Positions 27,285 to 39,248 are shown, numbered from the stretch's first letter. The stretch: 55,390 nt of DNA from a virus (IMGVR_UViG_3300044984_002141:1-55390); one strand, 5' to 3'. Program-made: numbers and translations. The notes: generated by a model from the sequence alone, not told the origin.

Positions 27285-30200
27285 ATGTCTGACAATTCCG
27301 ATTACAAGCTAGATTATCTTAAGATAGATGAATTATTCCCGTCTGTATTTAACACAGACGTAAATAAATCCGTATATAGTAACAGTTTTAACCGGTTCCT
27401 TACAAAAAATGACAATGTTCGTGTTACCGGAACTATCGGAAATCAGTTAAATGTTAATATAATTCAAGAAGATACAATTCATCGCCAAGCTAACCAACTA
27501 CAACCATTAATTTTCTCTACTAATTCTACAGCAGAAGAATTAGGTTCTATTATTGATGTTCAAATTAATTCATTTAAAGATATATTAACAAAATCCGCTC
27601 AGATTGGTATTGATATTGATAAATTTGATCAGTGGGGTGATTGTAATCAATTTGTATTTGCACCACCCATTGATATTGATAAGTTTATTAACTATCGTGA
27701 TTACTTCTGGACCGATGTTAGTGAGCCAGACTATATCACTATTGAGAATAAAATAACAGTATATCAATCAGCACTTTTTGAAGCCAATAATACTCTTACA
27801 TTAGCTCTACAAAATAAAGACGCTAGCTTAGAATTGACTGCTAGACGTGCGGTAGCTGAATATAGTATCAAATTAAATGACGCTATTACAGATGTTACAT
27901 CAGCATTAACACCTACTAATACATCTACCCCAATCAACCACAAATATATGTGGTCTGCAACTAACACCTGGGTTCATAGATCAGATTTAGTTATTACTCA
28001 GGATGGAAAGCCGTTATATAATTATGCAGTACCTGCTACTATGCCAATCATCGAATATGCTGATGATATAGAGGTTAATGAGTGGATATTTTTAAAACAT
28101 AACTGGTTGTATCGTAAAGATGCGGTGTCACCATGGATTAAATCTAATACAGAACCTACCACTAGTGAGCTTTCACTACGTATACCTATAATCTCAGCTA
28201 ATTTAACAAAAAACTCATTTGTAGTAGAATATCGTGATGGATTATATGAAGGCTTAGAATTTTTTGTAACTCAATCATTATATAATAATGGTGTTTATAA
28301 AATTATCAGTTTATCAACTAATACCGTTGCAAAAACAATTGAGATAATTGTTGATAAGTTAGTTCGTTCGACCGGTGCAGCTAATAGATATGTACAATAC
28401 GACTCACATGAATATTATGGTACTGCAAACGTAACCGAAGTAGATAACAATGGTGTTAAATATAATCTCACTTGCGGTACAATTGTACCGGTAGTAGTTA
28501 CTAGCTATGGTGATCCGTGGTTAGGATTATATGCACATTGGAAATTAGATTCTATTGAAAAACCAGTACCTGCTCCAAATCAACCAATCAATCCTGAGCA
28601 ATATAGTGTATCGTATAAAATTACACAAAGTGGTTTTGGGTTTGATGAGGATATGACATTAGATGCTGGTTCATATGGGTATGATGATCAGGTAATCTTT
28701 GATATTCCTGGAACATATATCTTGGATTCTGATGATATTCAAGTATACTTTAATGGTGTACGTCAATACGGTACTTATGACGAAATTAAAGAATTTACAC
28801 CAGCTCAACAATTTGATATTGCTCCGTTAGATACAGATCGCTTTAGCCTTGCAGATAATAATTCAACAGTATTAGTTGATAAAATTCAATTACTAACACC
28901 ACTTAATGTGGGTGATGTTTTAACTATTAAAGTTGGAGCAGCTGCGTTATCTGACACAGTACGTAGACAGATTCCAATTAGAGTTCACAGCGTTAAAGAT
29001 AGTGATGCTAAGCCAAACATTATGATTAGCAACATAATGGCATACCGTAAACATGAGCCTGCAAAAATTGATAATAATCAATATATCAACTTTAACATTT
29101 ATGATGTTTTTGGTAAGCATACTGGTACAGCTAATAACATATTTAAATATAAAGAAGATTCGCAGGCTGCAGTGCACCCAACATTAAATGTGCGCACACC
29201 TACTCATAACGGTAACTATGTGTTTGAACATCTATTGTTTGATGGTAAACTCTTATGTTATAAGCAGAATTCAGTATTAACTACTATATGGAAGCCAGCT
29301 GGTAAGTATGTACCAGTTAAGGTTGATGCGTATCGTCAACCATTAATAGACAACAAGACTTTAGCGGATGGAACGATAGTAAAATCTACCGGTGTTTACG
29401 TATTAAACGATGGAAGTACACGTGAGTCAATAGTTGGTGATTGGGATATACCTGATCCATTGAGATATAATGTGATGCATGAATGTCGCAATGAATTATT
29501 ATTCACTGAAATGTTCGCTCATTTTACCTCAATCTTATCTGCACAGGTTGCACCGAGCGGTATTGATTTATCTGGTGCAGCAGCAGGTAAATTATTAACT
29601 ACGTATAATTATAAAAATGGTACAATAAAAGAGCATAATGGTGGATTTGATTTCTTTATTTCCGCAATGCATCAGAATGCTATTAGTATACTGTCACTAT
29701 TTCGATTTGCAAAGACACAGTACGCAAGTTGCTTACAATATTTACACAGTGAGGTAATTAGTGCTATTATTTCGAGCATTGCCGCAAAAAACACAAATTT
29801 TGACGATCTAATTGCAACTGTTACACCTATAGCAATTGCAGCTGCAACGAATAATATTAAATTAAATAGTTTGTTTTTTGATTCTACCACTAGTGATGGT
29901 GGTACCGGGTTACCAAACTGGATAGCTACACTTCCAATTTTAGGGTTAATACCTGCAACGCAACCTACATTATTAGATAATGGTAAGATTAGAAAAGTTA
30001 GACATCATGACGGACACCTTAGTGATTTTGCGCTAACTGAAAAAGATTTAAATAAAATTAAGCAGGTTTTAACGGTAGTTGAATCAGATGAACGTCCAGC
30101 TTTTTCACAAGGCACGTTATGGCTTAACAATGGATTTTATATATGTACTGCTGATATAGTATCTAACAATGAACCACCAATCAATATGGTAATTGGTAGT

Positions 30201-31178
30201 ACGTGGTATAAACCAGCTACGGAAACGTTATTTCAAAAAAGTACGAATGGTTGGGATGCAATTGATATATCTAACGCTTGGGTATTGATTGATTTTTCAT
30301 TAGTGATTGCATCAGTGGTGTTAGATGTTGAGCGTCGGTTATATGAGCGAGCTACTAGTGTTGCACCTAATGTAATGTACCGTGGATTGTCTGCATGGAT
30401 AATAAGTAATGATTACCCAGCACTACAAGCAAATTTAAAATCTGCATATATTGAATACGTTAAGTCACAACAAACCGTGTTACCGGTATACGATTTTAAT
30501 TTAAGTGATCCATTTACATATAATTACAGTAAGATACCAACCAACTCCAACACTGTTATCAATTATCAAAATAGCAGGAATTGGGCTGCGAGATGGTATA
30601 CTATATACGAACTACAGTACGGTACAGCATATCCTCATTTAGAACCATGGGTGTTGCAAGGGTATGTCACGAAACCCACCAATTGGGATCAAATATATAA
30701 AAGTACAAATACAACTGCACGATGGAAGACATCAATGTGGGCTAATATACGTGAGGGGGTAATTCACTCTTCATTACAGACCACTCCAAGCAACGTTCCA
30801 GTTTATAGTGTGTTAAGCGTCAATGATACTGATACTACATATGGTTCGTATACACCTGGTGACTTATTACCTCCATATGTTGCTATTGCTGAATTAATTA
30901 ATAATAATTCATTAATTACTGGCCCGTTACCAGCTATAAGTAGTATCAAAGATACGTATTCTTTTGGTCAGCAAAGCTTATCAGAACGTAGTTGGATGGA
31001 CTCAATTGAATACCCATACGCTAAATTAGCTGCAATGTTTAAATTACAGCCAATTAAAACACTGTATACTACGTTTGGTATTGATACTATTACCGTAAAT
31101 GGGTTACACATTGATGTGCGTACACAACGAGTACCCACACACACAGATACAATTTTTCACGGAATCACTAATTCATGA
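27285..31178 (+). CDS. Large structural protein, probable baseplate wedge subunit
   Basis: About 1300 aa (ATG 27285 preferred over TTG 27261); PPIDIDKFINYRDYFW and HLEPWVLQGY..KPTNW motifs; structural context. Confidence 0.6.
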   Translation: MSDNSDYKLDYLKIDELFPSVFNTDVNKSVYSNSFNRFLTKNDNVRVTGTIGNQLNVNIIQEDTIHRQANQLQPLIFSTNSTAEELGSIIDVQINSFKDILTKSAQIGIDIDKFDQWGDCNQFVFAPPIDIDKFINYRDYFWTDVSEPDYITIENKITVYQSALFEANNTLTLALQNKDASLELTARRAVAEYSIKLNDAITDVTSALTPTNTSTPINHKYMWSATNTWVHRSDLVITQDGKPLYNYAVPATMPIIEYADDIEVNEWIFLKHNWLYRKDAVSPWIKSNTEPTTSELSLRIPIISANLTKNSFVVEYRDGLYEGLEFFVTQSLYNNGVYKIISLSTNTVAKTIEIIVDKLVRSTGAANRYVQYDSHEYYGTANVTEVDNNGVKYNLTCGTIVPVVVTSYGDPWLGLYAHWKLDSIEKPVPAPNQPINPEQYSVSYKITQSGFGFDEDMTLDAGSYGYDDQVIFDIPGTYILDSDDIQVYFNGVRQYGTYDEIKEFTPAQQFDIAPLDTDRFSLADNNSTVLVDKIQLLTPLNVGDVLTIKVGAAALSDTVRRQIPIRVHSVKDSDAKPNIMISNIMAYRKHEPAKIDNNQYINFNIYDVFGKHTGTANNIFKYKEDSQAAVHPTLNVRTPTHNGNYVFEHLLFDGKLLCYKQNSVLTTIWKPAGKYVPVKVDAYRQPLIDNKTLADGTIVKSTGVYVLNDGSTRESIVGDWDIPDPLRYNVMHECRNELLFTEMFAHFTSILSAQVAPSGIDLSGAAAGKLLTTYNYKNGTIKEHNGGFDFFISAMHQNAISILSLFRFAKTQYASCLQYLHSEVISAIISSIAAKNTNFDDLIATVTPIAIAAATNNIKLNSLFFDSTTSDGGTGLPNWIATLPILGLIPATQPTLLDNGKIRKVRHHDGHLSDFALTEKDLNKIKQVLTVVESDERPAFSQGTLWLNNGFYICTADIVSNNEPPINMVIGSTWYKPATETLFQKSTNGWDAIDISNAWVLIDFSLVIASVVLDVERRLYERATSVAPNVMYRGLSAWIISNDYPALQANLKSAYIEYVKSQQTVLPVYDFNLSDPFTYNYSKIPTNSNTVINYQNSRNWAARWYTIYELQYGTAYPHLEPWVLQGYVTKPTNWDQIYKSTNTTARWKTSMWANIREGVIHSSLQTTPSNVPVYSVLSVNDTDTTYGSYTPGDLLPPYVAIAELINNNSLITGPLPAISSIKDTYSFGQQSLSERSWMDSIEYPYAKLAAMFKLQPIKTLYTTFGIDTITVNGLHIDVRTQRVPTHTDTIFHGITNS

Positions 31179-34100
31179 ATACAGGTAATAAAGTAAATGG
31201 AATTAATCAATGGTACGTTAATGCATTACGTGATGAAAACAACATAACCAACACGTCAAGTTTTGTTGATAGCTGGGTAAATTGGCGTGATAAGCTTGCA
31301 TATCAAACCAATACTACTATTAATGTAAATGACGTTATCTTAGATAATCCGTATTTTGATATCTCATCTAGCGACTACACTGTTACATTAAAGAAATCAC
31401 CTGGAGCAGAAGATAAATGGGTACATGCAGTAGTAGTATCGTTAAATTCTAGACCTTCAACATCTTATGTTAAAAATAATAGTAGTTTAGATATACCTAA
31501 AACAGATGGTGCAGATTGGGTGTTTAGACTTGATACTATTATTCCAACAACCGATACATTCGATTATTATGATGTAAGACAATATCGAGTTTTACGAGTT
31601 AATGTTGACTCTAATACATTACAATTTAATGGTCCTACACCATGGGTTACTGGAGACACTATTGTATGTACATATGAATCTCCTCGTTTTATTCCAAATA
31701 CTCCATACCAGATAATAAAAAATAATGATTCATACGGGTTAGTGACGTATGATAAAGTATTAAAGTCGTATCAAGATGTAAAATTATATGATAGTATAAA
31801 ATGTTATACACCTAATGATTTAGCGTTAGGTCCTATGGTTCGCGACTATGATCTAAAGTTTGAGCTTGGGAATATAATGCAGTACCGTAAAAGTACTAAG
31901 AGTTGGGTACGATATTCAACCACACTTAATAGTTTTTTAGTACCTATTATTAATAGAGGTATTACTATCTATAATAATGGCGATATTCTACCATCAAATA
32001 TGTATAGAATATCTGGTAATAAAATAACACTGTTGAGTGCGGTAATTATTAACAATTTAGAGGTAAGAATACCTATTCCAACAGGAGCAATATTTAAAGA
32101 ACGTACTGATTCATTTACCGCATTGGATGGTAATATTTGTTCACGTAATTGGGATCACACAGCAATCGATTACAATAAAGTAAATAGTGTTCAGTTTCCG
32201 TTATATATTACCGGAGTACAGGGTGTTATTGATTTTATTGATGGTTATGCAGCTAAGCTAAAAGATATTGGGTTTGTATTTAATGATTATGAGCGGCCAC
32301 GAATGGAGGCTGATGGATATATTGCTGGGTGGCAGACTGAAATTGAACGATTTATAGTTAAAACATGGAGTGGCTTTAATAAGCGATTTGATGTTAACTC
32401 TCTACATGGTACAAATCAGATCTATGATTACTATGAAGTAAATCCATTTAAATATGAGTTGTGGATATCTACACCATACGGTATTCTAGCTGATACATTA
32501 CGTGGACCATACCGTGATATTGCATTAACACCAGTAGTATACGATCAGCGTGGTACACCTATTGCAACAACAGATAATTTAAAAATCTATAGAACAGATA
32601 AAGAAACGCACATTGCGTACGCATCTACGTTAAGCGGTAGTGCTGCGACATCTACGCATATTAGTGGCATGCATGTATACTTAGATAATTATGAACATAT
32701 TATTGCGTTTAACGATTTTACTACTACTGATAACTTACTACATGATTCATTCTTAGGGTTAACTAACGAGCAAATTGATGTTGAGTTCTATAAGCACTGG
32801 GAATCATCTAAGCGACCTAACAGTGGTGGTAGTGTTATAGTTAACGGTACATTAATAGATAATATTGAATCCCGTACTGTTAACTTACAAGATTTATATA
32901 GCACATATGCAGACAATGAGCAACAGCAATATATCTCAGATGCTCGCTCGATATTGGGGTACAACAATACACCGTATTTCGGTAATATCGACTCTAAATC
33001 AAAATTTTTATTTTGGAAAGGTATGATTCACTACAAGGGGTCAAATAAATGTATTGATATGTTTATGAAGCCGGGTGTAGTTGAAGATATTAACTTAAAT
33101 GAAGTGTGGGCGTACAAAGTTTCAGACTATGGTAGCTCATCTGATAAATTAGAACAGGATATTGCTGTTTTTGATACTGATATAGTGCGTGGAACTATGT
33201 GGCTGCAATTTACTGACGGTGCCCCAGCACCATCATTTACAGCCATAAGTAAAGGTAATTTAACTAGATGGTTGACGCTAACACCTGATAACAATGGTCA
33301 CGTATCTGCAGACATTACTAATGTAATGCGCTTTCAGATCAACAATTACCCTACTGTAACTACTCCACACGCATTAACTACATATCACACATATAAACGT
33401 AAGTATATTACAACTGGTATTGCTGATAAAGTTGAGTTATACGTTGAGCAGAATTATGGTGTATTTTACACTACAGATTATTCAATGCATGGTATAGAGG
33501 TTCCACAATACGTAGTGGGTGCTGGTATGATAACATGCTATATTGGATCTGACTTAGTTGATATCCAAGAGATTACATCAACATTAATTACTGTACCTAA
33601 GCGTACAGAAACTTCACAACCAAAAGTAACTGTCATATACACTAGAGGTAAATTAATTGAAGATGTACATTACACGGTAATTAACAACACCTTAGTTGAA
33701 CTCGTAGATGATCCAACATACGACTTACTTGATGTGTATACGTATAATGATAGTAACAATTTACAAGTTAACATTATAGACAATGTTAACAATGTAAAAC
33801 TACATGAACTACACCTATATGATCCTGCTCGTGGAATATACAATCCAAAGGTTGTAGATACCGTTAAGTTTATTAATGCAGTTGATCCAGCAAACTATAC
33901 AAGTGAGATATGGAATGAACCTGAGGTTGGTGTTAAGTGGTTAGATACCACACACTTAGGTTTTTACAGATACAGCGATGCATACGTGTACCCTAATATT
34001 GTTGATCGAGTTGCATTGTGGGGATCTACATCAGTTTGGAGTCATATAACCTGCTACGAGTGGATTGAATCTTCAGTGCCTCCAGAACAGTGGAGTGCAG

Positions 34101-35281
34101 CTGTATCAACTAGCGCAAATGCTGTAAATGCACATCAGTATACAGGTAGACCTATACGTACGTTACGTAAACGTAGAGTGCAGGGAACTACAGGTTATTG
34201 GACAAATTGGTATGATGAGGATACAACATATCAAGTTATTAACCTGCATGACTATGTAATTACTGACAACACATTTATCTTTAAAGTAACATTATCCATT
34301 GATATATCAATGGATATGTATCGGTTATACGTTAATGAAATTGAGCGAGTTGATTACGTAGGTACATTTAACAATGGTTACTTAGATACTATGTCAATTT
34401 CTGGTGTTACATCTAATGATACTGTACGACTAATTAGGTTTGCTGATAAACCTACTATTAGTGATATTGGTACTACTATGATTGGATCTAGTGAATATGA
34501 ATATGTATACAAATACAATACTGTTAACTATTATGACAGTACCGGTCAAATATCTGCTAATAAGTATTACTTCTGGGTAACTAATCAAATTAATAGATCT
34601 ACTAATGGTACATCAACTACAGATGTTGAAAGTTTGTTTATTTACAACAATAATCCGTATTACTTCCATCAGAATTTAGTTGATACATACGATCAATGGA
34701 TTATAAAAAATATTACAAGCGTTGGACGTAATTGTGCATTACAGATTATTAAAGATGATACAATTACCAATGGTTATAAAGGAATTAATACTCATACTAA
34801 TTACGATGAATGGAAATTAATCAGTAAGACGTCGTTAGATAAGATTGCACGCGCATTATGGGATAAAATAACTGAAACTATGATAGGTGAAACGTTAGTT
34901 GGTGGATATGCGGTACCGAGTAGTAACATTGCGTTATTTGATGACTTAAATCACACTACTACAAAATATGGTTTTAAAGCGGGTCAAGTATTAGGTGATG
35001 CAGATGTAATTAAAGGTACTATACTTGCACTACTACGCAATAATAACTTTAGTGTTGTTCCGGTTGATAAGAATACATTTTTATCTAATAACAACTTTAA
35101 CACTATATCAGATATTAAACATACGATGGATTACATGTATAATAATTTTGGTGCATCTACTGTCAATGAAATATTTTTCACTATTTTAACGACTGCACTA
35201 TCGTATACTCGAGAGTTAGATGGTGTTTTTAAGACATCGTATATTACAATTGATTGCAATAAGGTAGTAAAACATGTCTAA
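31175..35281 (+). CDS. Large structural protein, probable baseplate wedge subunit
   Basis: 1368 aa, ATGA overlap; FWKGMIHYKG, EVWAYKVSDYG, LYDPARG, YYFWV motifs. Confidence 0.6.
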   Translation: MNTGNKVNGINQWYVNALRDENNITNTSSFVDSWVNWRDKLAYQTNTTINVNDVILDNPYFDISSSDYTVTLKKSPGAEDKWVHAVVVSLNSRPSTSYVKNNSSLDIPKTDGADWVFRLDTIIPTTDTFDYYDVRQYRVLRVNVDSNTLQFNGPTPWVTGDTIVCTYESPRFIPNTPYQIIKNNDSYGLVTYDKVLKSYQDVKLYDSIKCYTPNDLALGPMVRDYDLKFELGNIMQYRKSTKSWVRYSTTLNSFLVPIINRGITIYNNGDILPSNMYRISGNKITLLSAVIINNLEVRIPIPTGAIFKERTDSFTALDGNICSRNWDHTAIDYNKVNSVQFPLYITGVQGVIDFIDGYAAKLKDIGFVFNDYERPRMEADGYIAGWQTEIERFIVKTWSGFNKRFDVNSLHGTNQIYDYYEVNPFKYELWISTPYGILADTLRGPYRDIALTPVVYDQRGTPIATTDNLKIYRTDKETHIAYASTLSGSAATSTHISGMHVYLDNYEHIIAFNDFTTTDNLLHDSFLGLTNEQIDVEFYKHWESSKRPNSGGSVIVNGTLIDNIESRTVNLQDLYSTYADNEQQQYISDARSILGYNNTPYFGNIDSKSKFLFWKGMIHYKGSNKCIDMFMKPGVVEDINLNEVWAYKVSDYGSSSDKLEQDIAVFDTDIVRGTMWLQFTDGAPAPSFTAISKGNLTRWLTLTPDNNGHVSADITNVMRFQINNYPTVTTPHALTTYHTYKRKYITTGIADKVELYVEQNYGVFYTTDYSMHGIEVPQYVVGAGMITCYIGSDLVDIQEITSTLITVPKRTETSQPKVTVIYTRGKLIEDVHYTVINNTLVELVDDPTYDLLDVYTYNDSNNLQVNIIDNVNNVKLHELHLYDPARGIYNPKVVDTVKFINAVDPANYTSEIWNEPEVGVKWLDTTHLGFYRYSDAYVYPNIVDRVALWGSTSVWSHITCYEWIESSVPPEQWSAAVSTSANAVNAHQYTGRPIRTLRKRRVQGTTGYWTNWYDEDTTYQVINLHDYVITDNTFIFKVTLSIDISMDMYRLYVNEIERVDYVGTFNNGYLDTMSISGVTSNDTVRLIRFADKPTISDIGTTMIGSSEYEYVYKYNTVNYYDSTGQISANKYYFWVTNQINRSTNGTSTTDVESLFIYNNNPYYFHQNLVDTYDQWIIKNITSVGRNCALQIIKDDTITNGYKGINTHTNYDEWKLISKTSLDKIARALWDKITETMIGETLVGGYAVPSSNIALFDDLNHTTTKYGFKAGQVLGDADVIKGTILALLRNNNFSVVPVDKNTFLSNNNFNTISDIKHTMDYMYNNFGASTVNEIFFTILTTALSYTRELDGVFKTSYITIDCNKVVKHV

Positions 35282-35972
35282 GTTAGCACCTATAGTTAAA
35301 CAGCAAGTTACGGCAATAAATCGATTAATAAATTTTGTCAATGAGGTTAAGCCGTACCATACAAAGATATTAGATACTCATGTCACATTCACTATGATTG
35401 AAGATGTTTTTGTCAATATCACTGAAATGTTTGAGAGTACCGTTGATCTATTATTAGATAATCCAATGTCATACACTACTGGTAATATTGTGGCTAATAT
35501 AGGTCTTATGGAACCACACGGATTTAACACATATGGTTACGGTATTGAGCGGTATGATGCAAGAGCGGGTAGTAACTCTGGTAGTCAAATTGACACAACC
35601 GGTCCAAACACACTTAATACAAGCATAACAGAATATTTGATTGTAGACAAAACACGAACTATATTCCTTGGACTAGGATACGAATCATTCAACGAGTTAG
35701 ATGTAAACGGTGATATCGTATTACCGGTTACAAAAGTATCTACAGGTCCGGTTGCAGTTGGTACATTTAGTGCAGCTGTTACATTTAGTTCAGCATTACC
35801 AGCTATTGTTAATACACCAAATACTAATGATTTATCGGGATTATCGACACCTGTAGCTAATAGCAATCAAACAGGTTTCGGAAATGGTGAATTCTCACAG
35901 TTTATGACAGGTGGTGCAGTGGTAGATACCACGTCTACTGTTACATTAGATTCGATGTTTAATCAAATGTAA
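35274..35972 (+). CDS. Baseplate-associated protein
   Basis: FVNEVKPYHTKI motif resembling baseplate wedge C-terminal KPxHT motifs. Confidence 0.55.
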   Translation: MSKLAPIVKQQVTAINRLINFVNEVKPYHTKILDTHVTFTMIEDVFVNITEMFESTVDLLLDNPMSYTTGNIVANIGLMEPHGFNTYGYGIERYDARAGSNSGSQIDTTGPNTLNTSITEYLIVDKTRTIFLGLGYESFNELDVNGDIVLPVTKVSTGPVAVGTFSAAVTFSSALPAIVNTPNTNDLSGLSTPVANSNQTGFGNGEFSQFMTGGAVVDTTSTVTLDSMFNQM

Positions 35973-35980
35973 TATCACAC

Positions 35981-35988
35981 GATAAATA
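35981..35988 (+). promoter_or_regulatory. Late promoter-like element (GATAAATA)
   Basis: Intergenic, before ATG 36023. Confidence 0.5.
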
Positions 35989-36022
35989 TGACTAATATAG
36001 TGGTTATTGGAATTAAAATAAT

Positions 36023-37360
36023 ATGAAGCTCGATTTTAGGCACGGTATAGTACAATACTCTGTAGATAACACTAAGGTACCTACGTTTTTATACACAAAC
36101 AGTACATACAAATATGTTGACTTATCTACTAGCGATTCTAATGTAGTGTATACCTTTGCACATGGTGATACAAATTATCTATATGTAGAGCAGAATACCA
36201 CTAAAAAAGCATGGGGTCCATTTAATAATACTACAAAGTATTGGTTGTTTTGGGAACTACATCTACTAACTGGTGAGCGCACGTTTGCATCGACTAATGT
36301 TAAACCAATTACATCTTACGAGATTCCAAGTAACCCGGTTTTTGATCAATATTTTTTTAGCTTAGCTAATCATACAATTGATTATTATGATGAAGTTTTA
36401 GATACAACAATCACTAAGCCATTATACGCAGGATGTGGATATGTTTGGAATGGATATATCTGGATAGAAAAGTTGCGATTAGTCGCAGGTACGTATTATC
36501 GTGGAGAAGTGACGGCTAGTTTATTAGGTACACAGATAGGTATTGAAACTACAAGTTACGCTGGATATATAGTTTATAGTGATTATAATACACCAGCTCA
36601 ATTAGCTACAAACAACGGCACACTACGGTTCTTAACCACTGATTTTGCACTAAGTAAAACGCAAATAATCCCAACTACTATTAGTTTTCAATCTGTTTTA
36701 CATTACAGTACTGCTGTTGAAAATATTGCAAAATATAAAATTGTAACATTTGACGGTCCAGATAGAATAAAGCTGGCAAACAACGATGATCTAATAAGTA
36801 GTGCAGGTATTGGTATTGTTGAACATGATATTACCACTGGTATGGCTTGTACATATGTATCTCAAGTTTTTGTAACAAACCCTAATTGGAATTACACTGG
36901 ATTAGAAACTACACCTGTGTATCTTGGATTAAACGGTGATTTTACATTTATTGCACCGAGTAGTGGAATAATTCAAAAAGTTGGACAGGTGGTAAATGCA
37001 ACTACGGTTCATTTAGATCTTAACTCACCTGCGGTGTATGTTGCTGGTGCACAGCATGCTAGATATATTCCAATGTCTATAGATGTTAAGAGTGGTAAAT
37101 ATTATACAAGCAGCGTTCAAACGCAAAATATTAGCTCATTTGTACACTATTTTGTATATTTTAATATGTACATTCAAACTCATCCAACAAATATTTGGCG
37201 AATACCACACAATGAAAATTTAACAAATGTGATCATAAAGTGTCAAGACGTATATGGGCGACAATTATTTCCCGCAAATATACATATTGCTGATGACTCT
37301 ACGATTGAAGTAACGTTTGTAAAAAGAACGACTGGTAAAGCATTTATTTTTATATATTAA
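36023..37360 (+). CDS. Virion structural protein (paralogue of 37382)
   Basis: AWGPF..WLFW.....TG.R.F, TPVYLG..G and one WxIxHN module. Confidence 0.65.
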   Translation: MKLDFRHGIVQYSVDNTKVPTFLYTNSTYKYVDLSTSDSNVVYTFAHGDTNYLYVEQNTTKKAWGPFNNTTKYWLFWELHLLTGERTFASTNVKPITSYEIPSNPVFDQYFFSLANHTIDYYDEVLDTTITKPLYAGCGYVWNGYIWIEKLRLVAGTYYRGEVTASLLGTQIGIETTSYAGYIVYSDYNTPAQLATNNGTLRFLTTDFALSKTQIIPTTISFQSVLHYSTAVENIAKYKIVTFDGPDRIKLANNDDLISSAGIGIVEHDITTGMACTYVSQVFVTNPNWNYTGLETTPVYLGLNGDFTFIAPSSGIIQKVGQVVNATTVHLDLNSPAVYVAGAQHARYIPMSIDVKSGKYYTSSVQTQNISSFVHYFVYFNMYIQTHPTNIWRIPHNENLTNVIIKCQDVYGRQLFPANIHIADDSTIEVTFVKRTTGKAFIFIY

Positions 37361-37381
37361 AACACATACAAGGTATTACAT

Positions 37382-38980
37382 ATGATAATTAACTATAGAC
37401 AAGGGCTAATAAAAAGTCAAGTGGATGCGAGTAACGTACCAACCTACTTGAACAAATCAGCAACAAGCGGATACGTAGATCTGTATATCAACGCATCTGT
37501 TGTTGTTGTTGCTCTTGCTCACCGCAACACTGATTATATATATGAAGAAGGTACTACCGTATTACGCGCATGGGGACCATTTACTAGTGCAATAGGTGTA
37601 AATAATTGGTTGTTTTGGGATATAGATATCAATACCGGGTTACGTTCGTTTGGATCAACGCTACATCAGCCGATCGTATCTGACACTAAACCGGTTTCAC
37701 CGCTTACTGATCAACATTGGTTTAACACTAGCACTAGCACGATGCAAGTATGGTACGATCAATCGTGGCACGAAAAGATTAGATGTTTCGCTGGGGTATA
37801 CAACGGTGGTCAAATAGTTGATCCATATTATGTAACTACAGTTACAACCTCAGTAGTTAATGGAGTTGATACAACTGTTACTAATCATGAATACTTTACG
37901 TCGCAAGTTGGATTAAATAATAGAGTAACAGCTGGATTTATCTTGTTCGATGATGGAGTTGAACCAGTAAAAAGTTCTGCAAACAATACGTTTCTAACTA
38001 CAGAATCACACTTTTACACTACTAATTCAAACATAAGCTCTGTTAGTTTTGATGTTATTGATTTCTATGCTGAATCAGTCGATACAATTCCAGCGTTTAG
38101 GGTGGTTAGTTATTATCAAAACAATACAATTGCATTAGCTGCGTGCGATGATCCAAGTTATCGATCAGCGGTAGGAGTAACCCGTAATCCGGTATTTACC
38201 GGTGAGGTAACTAATGTAATAACCAGTGGTTATGTAACTAATGTTGAATGGAATTTTAACGTACCTCCAGCAACTCCATTATATCTAGGTACATTAGGTC
38301 AATTGGTAACAGTTCCACCTCTAGCAGGATTTATACAAAAAGTTGCTACCGTGGTATCTAGTGATACGATATTAATCAGTATAGATCCACAGTTAATATT
38401 TAAGCCGGCAGATTTCACAGGTGATACAACTATTGTGAATATTGACGCGTTGTCTGGTAAGTTTTATACAGCAAATACCGCTCCAGTATATCCAGCAAGC
38501 ACTGGACCAACACCTGAATTAAACTTTAATATTGTTGGGTATACATATAACCGTGCAGCCTCACCACATATGTTTTGGGCTGTTGAACATAATATGGGCT
38601 CACGTAATGTATTCGTGCAAGTCTATGATCACGATGATAACTATGTTGCATTTAATTCTGTAAAAGTAGTAGATGAAAACAATATTATAATTGGATTAAA
38701 TGAGCCGATGTTGGGAATGGCGCAGTTATTATTCTTTACATCAACAATATACACAGATTTAGAAGATACTAACATACCAGTCACTGATTACACTCAACCA
38801 GTGGAAAGTCCTAGTGCTGTATGGTCCGTATATCATGCATTAGGCTACAAGCCAATTTCGGTAGTATATGATCATGATGGAAATTTAATTATACCATCAT
38901 CTATTAGACACAGTGCTGATAATTCCTCAATAGAAGTATCGTTTAATAGTCCAACTAGTGGTATTATAAAATTCCTATAA
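37382..38980 (+). CDS. Virion structural protein (paralogue of 36023)
   Basis: Same N-terminal domains; two WxVxH[NA] modules. Confidence 0.65.
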   Translation: MIINYRQGLIKSQVDASNVPTYLNKSATSGYVDLYINASVVVVALAHRNTDYIYEEGTTVLRAWGPFTSAIGVNNWLFWDIDINTGLRSFGSTLHQPIVSDTKPVSPLTDQHWFNTSTSTMQVWYDQSWHEKIRCFAGVYNGGQIVDPYYVTTVTTSVVNGVDTTVTNHEYFTSQVGLNNRVTAGFILFDDGVEPVKSSANNTFLTTESHFYTTNSNISSVSFDVIDFYAESVDTIPAFRVVSYYQNNTIALAACDDPSYRSAVGVTRNPVFTGEVTNVITSGYVTNVEWNFNVPPATPLYLGTLGQLVTVPPLAGFIQKVATVVSSDTILISIDPQLIFKPADFTGDTTIVNIDALSGKFYTANTAPVYPASTGPTPELNFNIVGYTYNRAASPHMFWAVEHNMGSRNVFVQVYDHDDNYVAFNSVKVVDENNIIIGLNEPMLGMAQLLFFTSTIYTDLEDTNIPVTDYTQPVESPSAVWSVYHALGYKPISVVYDHDGNLIIPSSIRHSADNSSIEVSFNSPTSGIIKFL

Positions 38981-38989
38981 TCAATTATA

Positions 38990-38997
38990 TATAAATA
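38990..38997 (+). promoter_or_regulatory. T4-type late promoter TATAAATA
   Basis: Perfect consensus, intergenic, before ATG 39029. Confidence 0.7.
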
Positions 38998-39028
38998 CAA
39001 CTACTAGCGAAATTTAACGGGGATATTT

Positions 39029-39235
39029 ATGTCATATCAACATAATCAAACAGTTGCTGCAAGTGTGTGGGATGTAACACATAACTTACTAACACCAACT
39101 CCATTTGTAAGTGTTTGGATTAATTATAATGGAGCAACGACACTGGTTATGCCTAAGACAGTACGGGTAACAGATCCAAATTCGCTACAAATTATATTTA
39201 CTCAATCACTAGCTGGCGTAGCCGTCATTAATTAA
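39029..39235 (+). CDS. Small structural protein (single WxVxHNL module)
   Basis: HNQTVAASVWDVTHNL. Confidence 0.7.
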   Translation: MSYQHNQTVAASVWDVTHNLLTPTPFVSVWINYNGATTLVMPKTVRVTDPNSLQIIFTQSLAGVAVIN

Positions 39236-39248
39236 GGAACATATTCAT

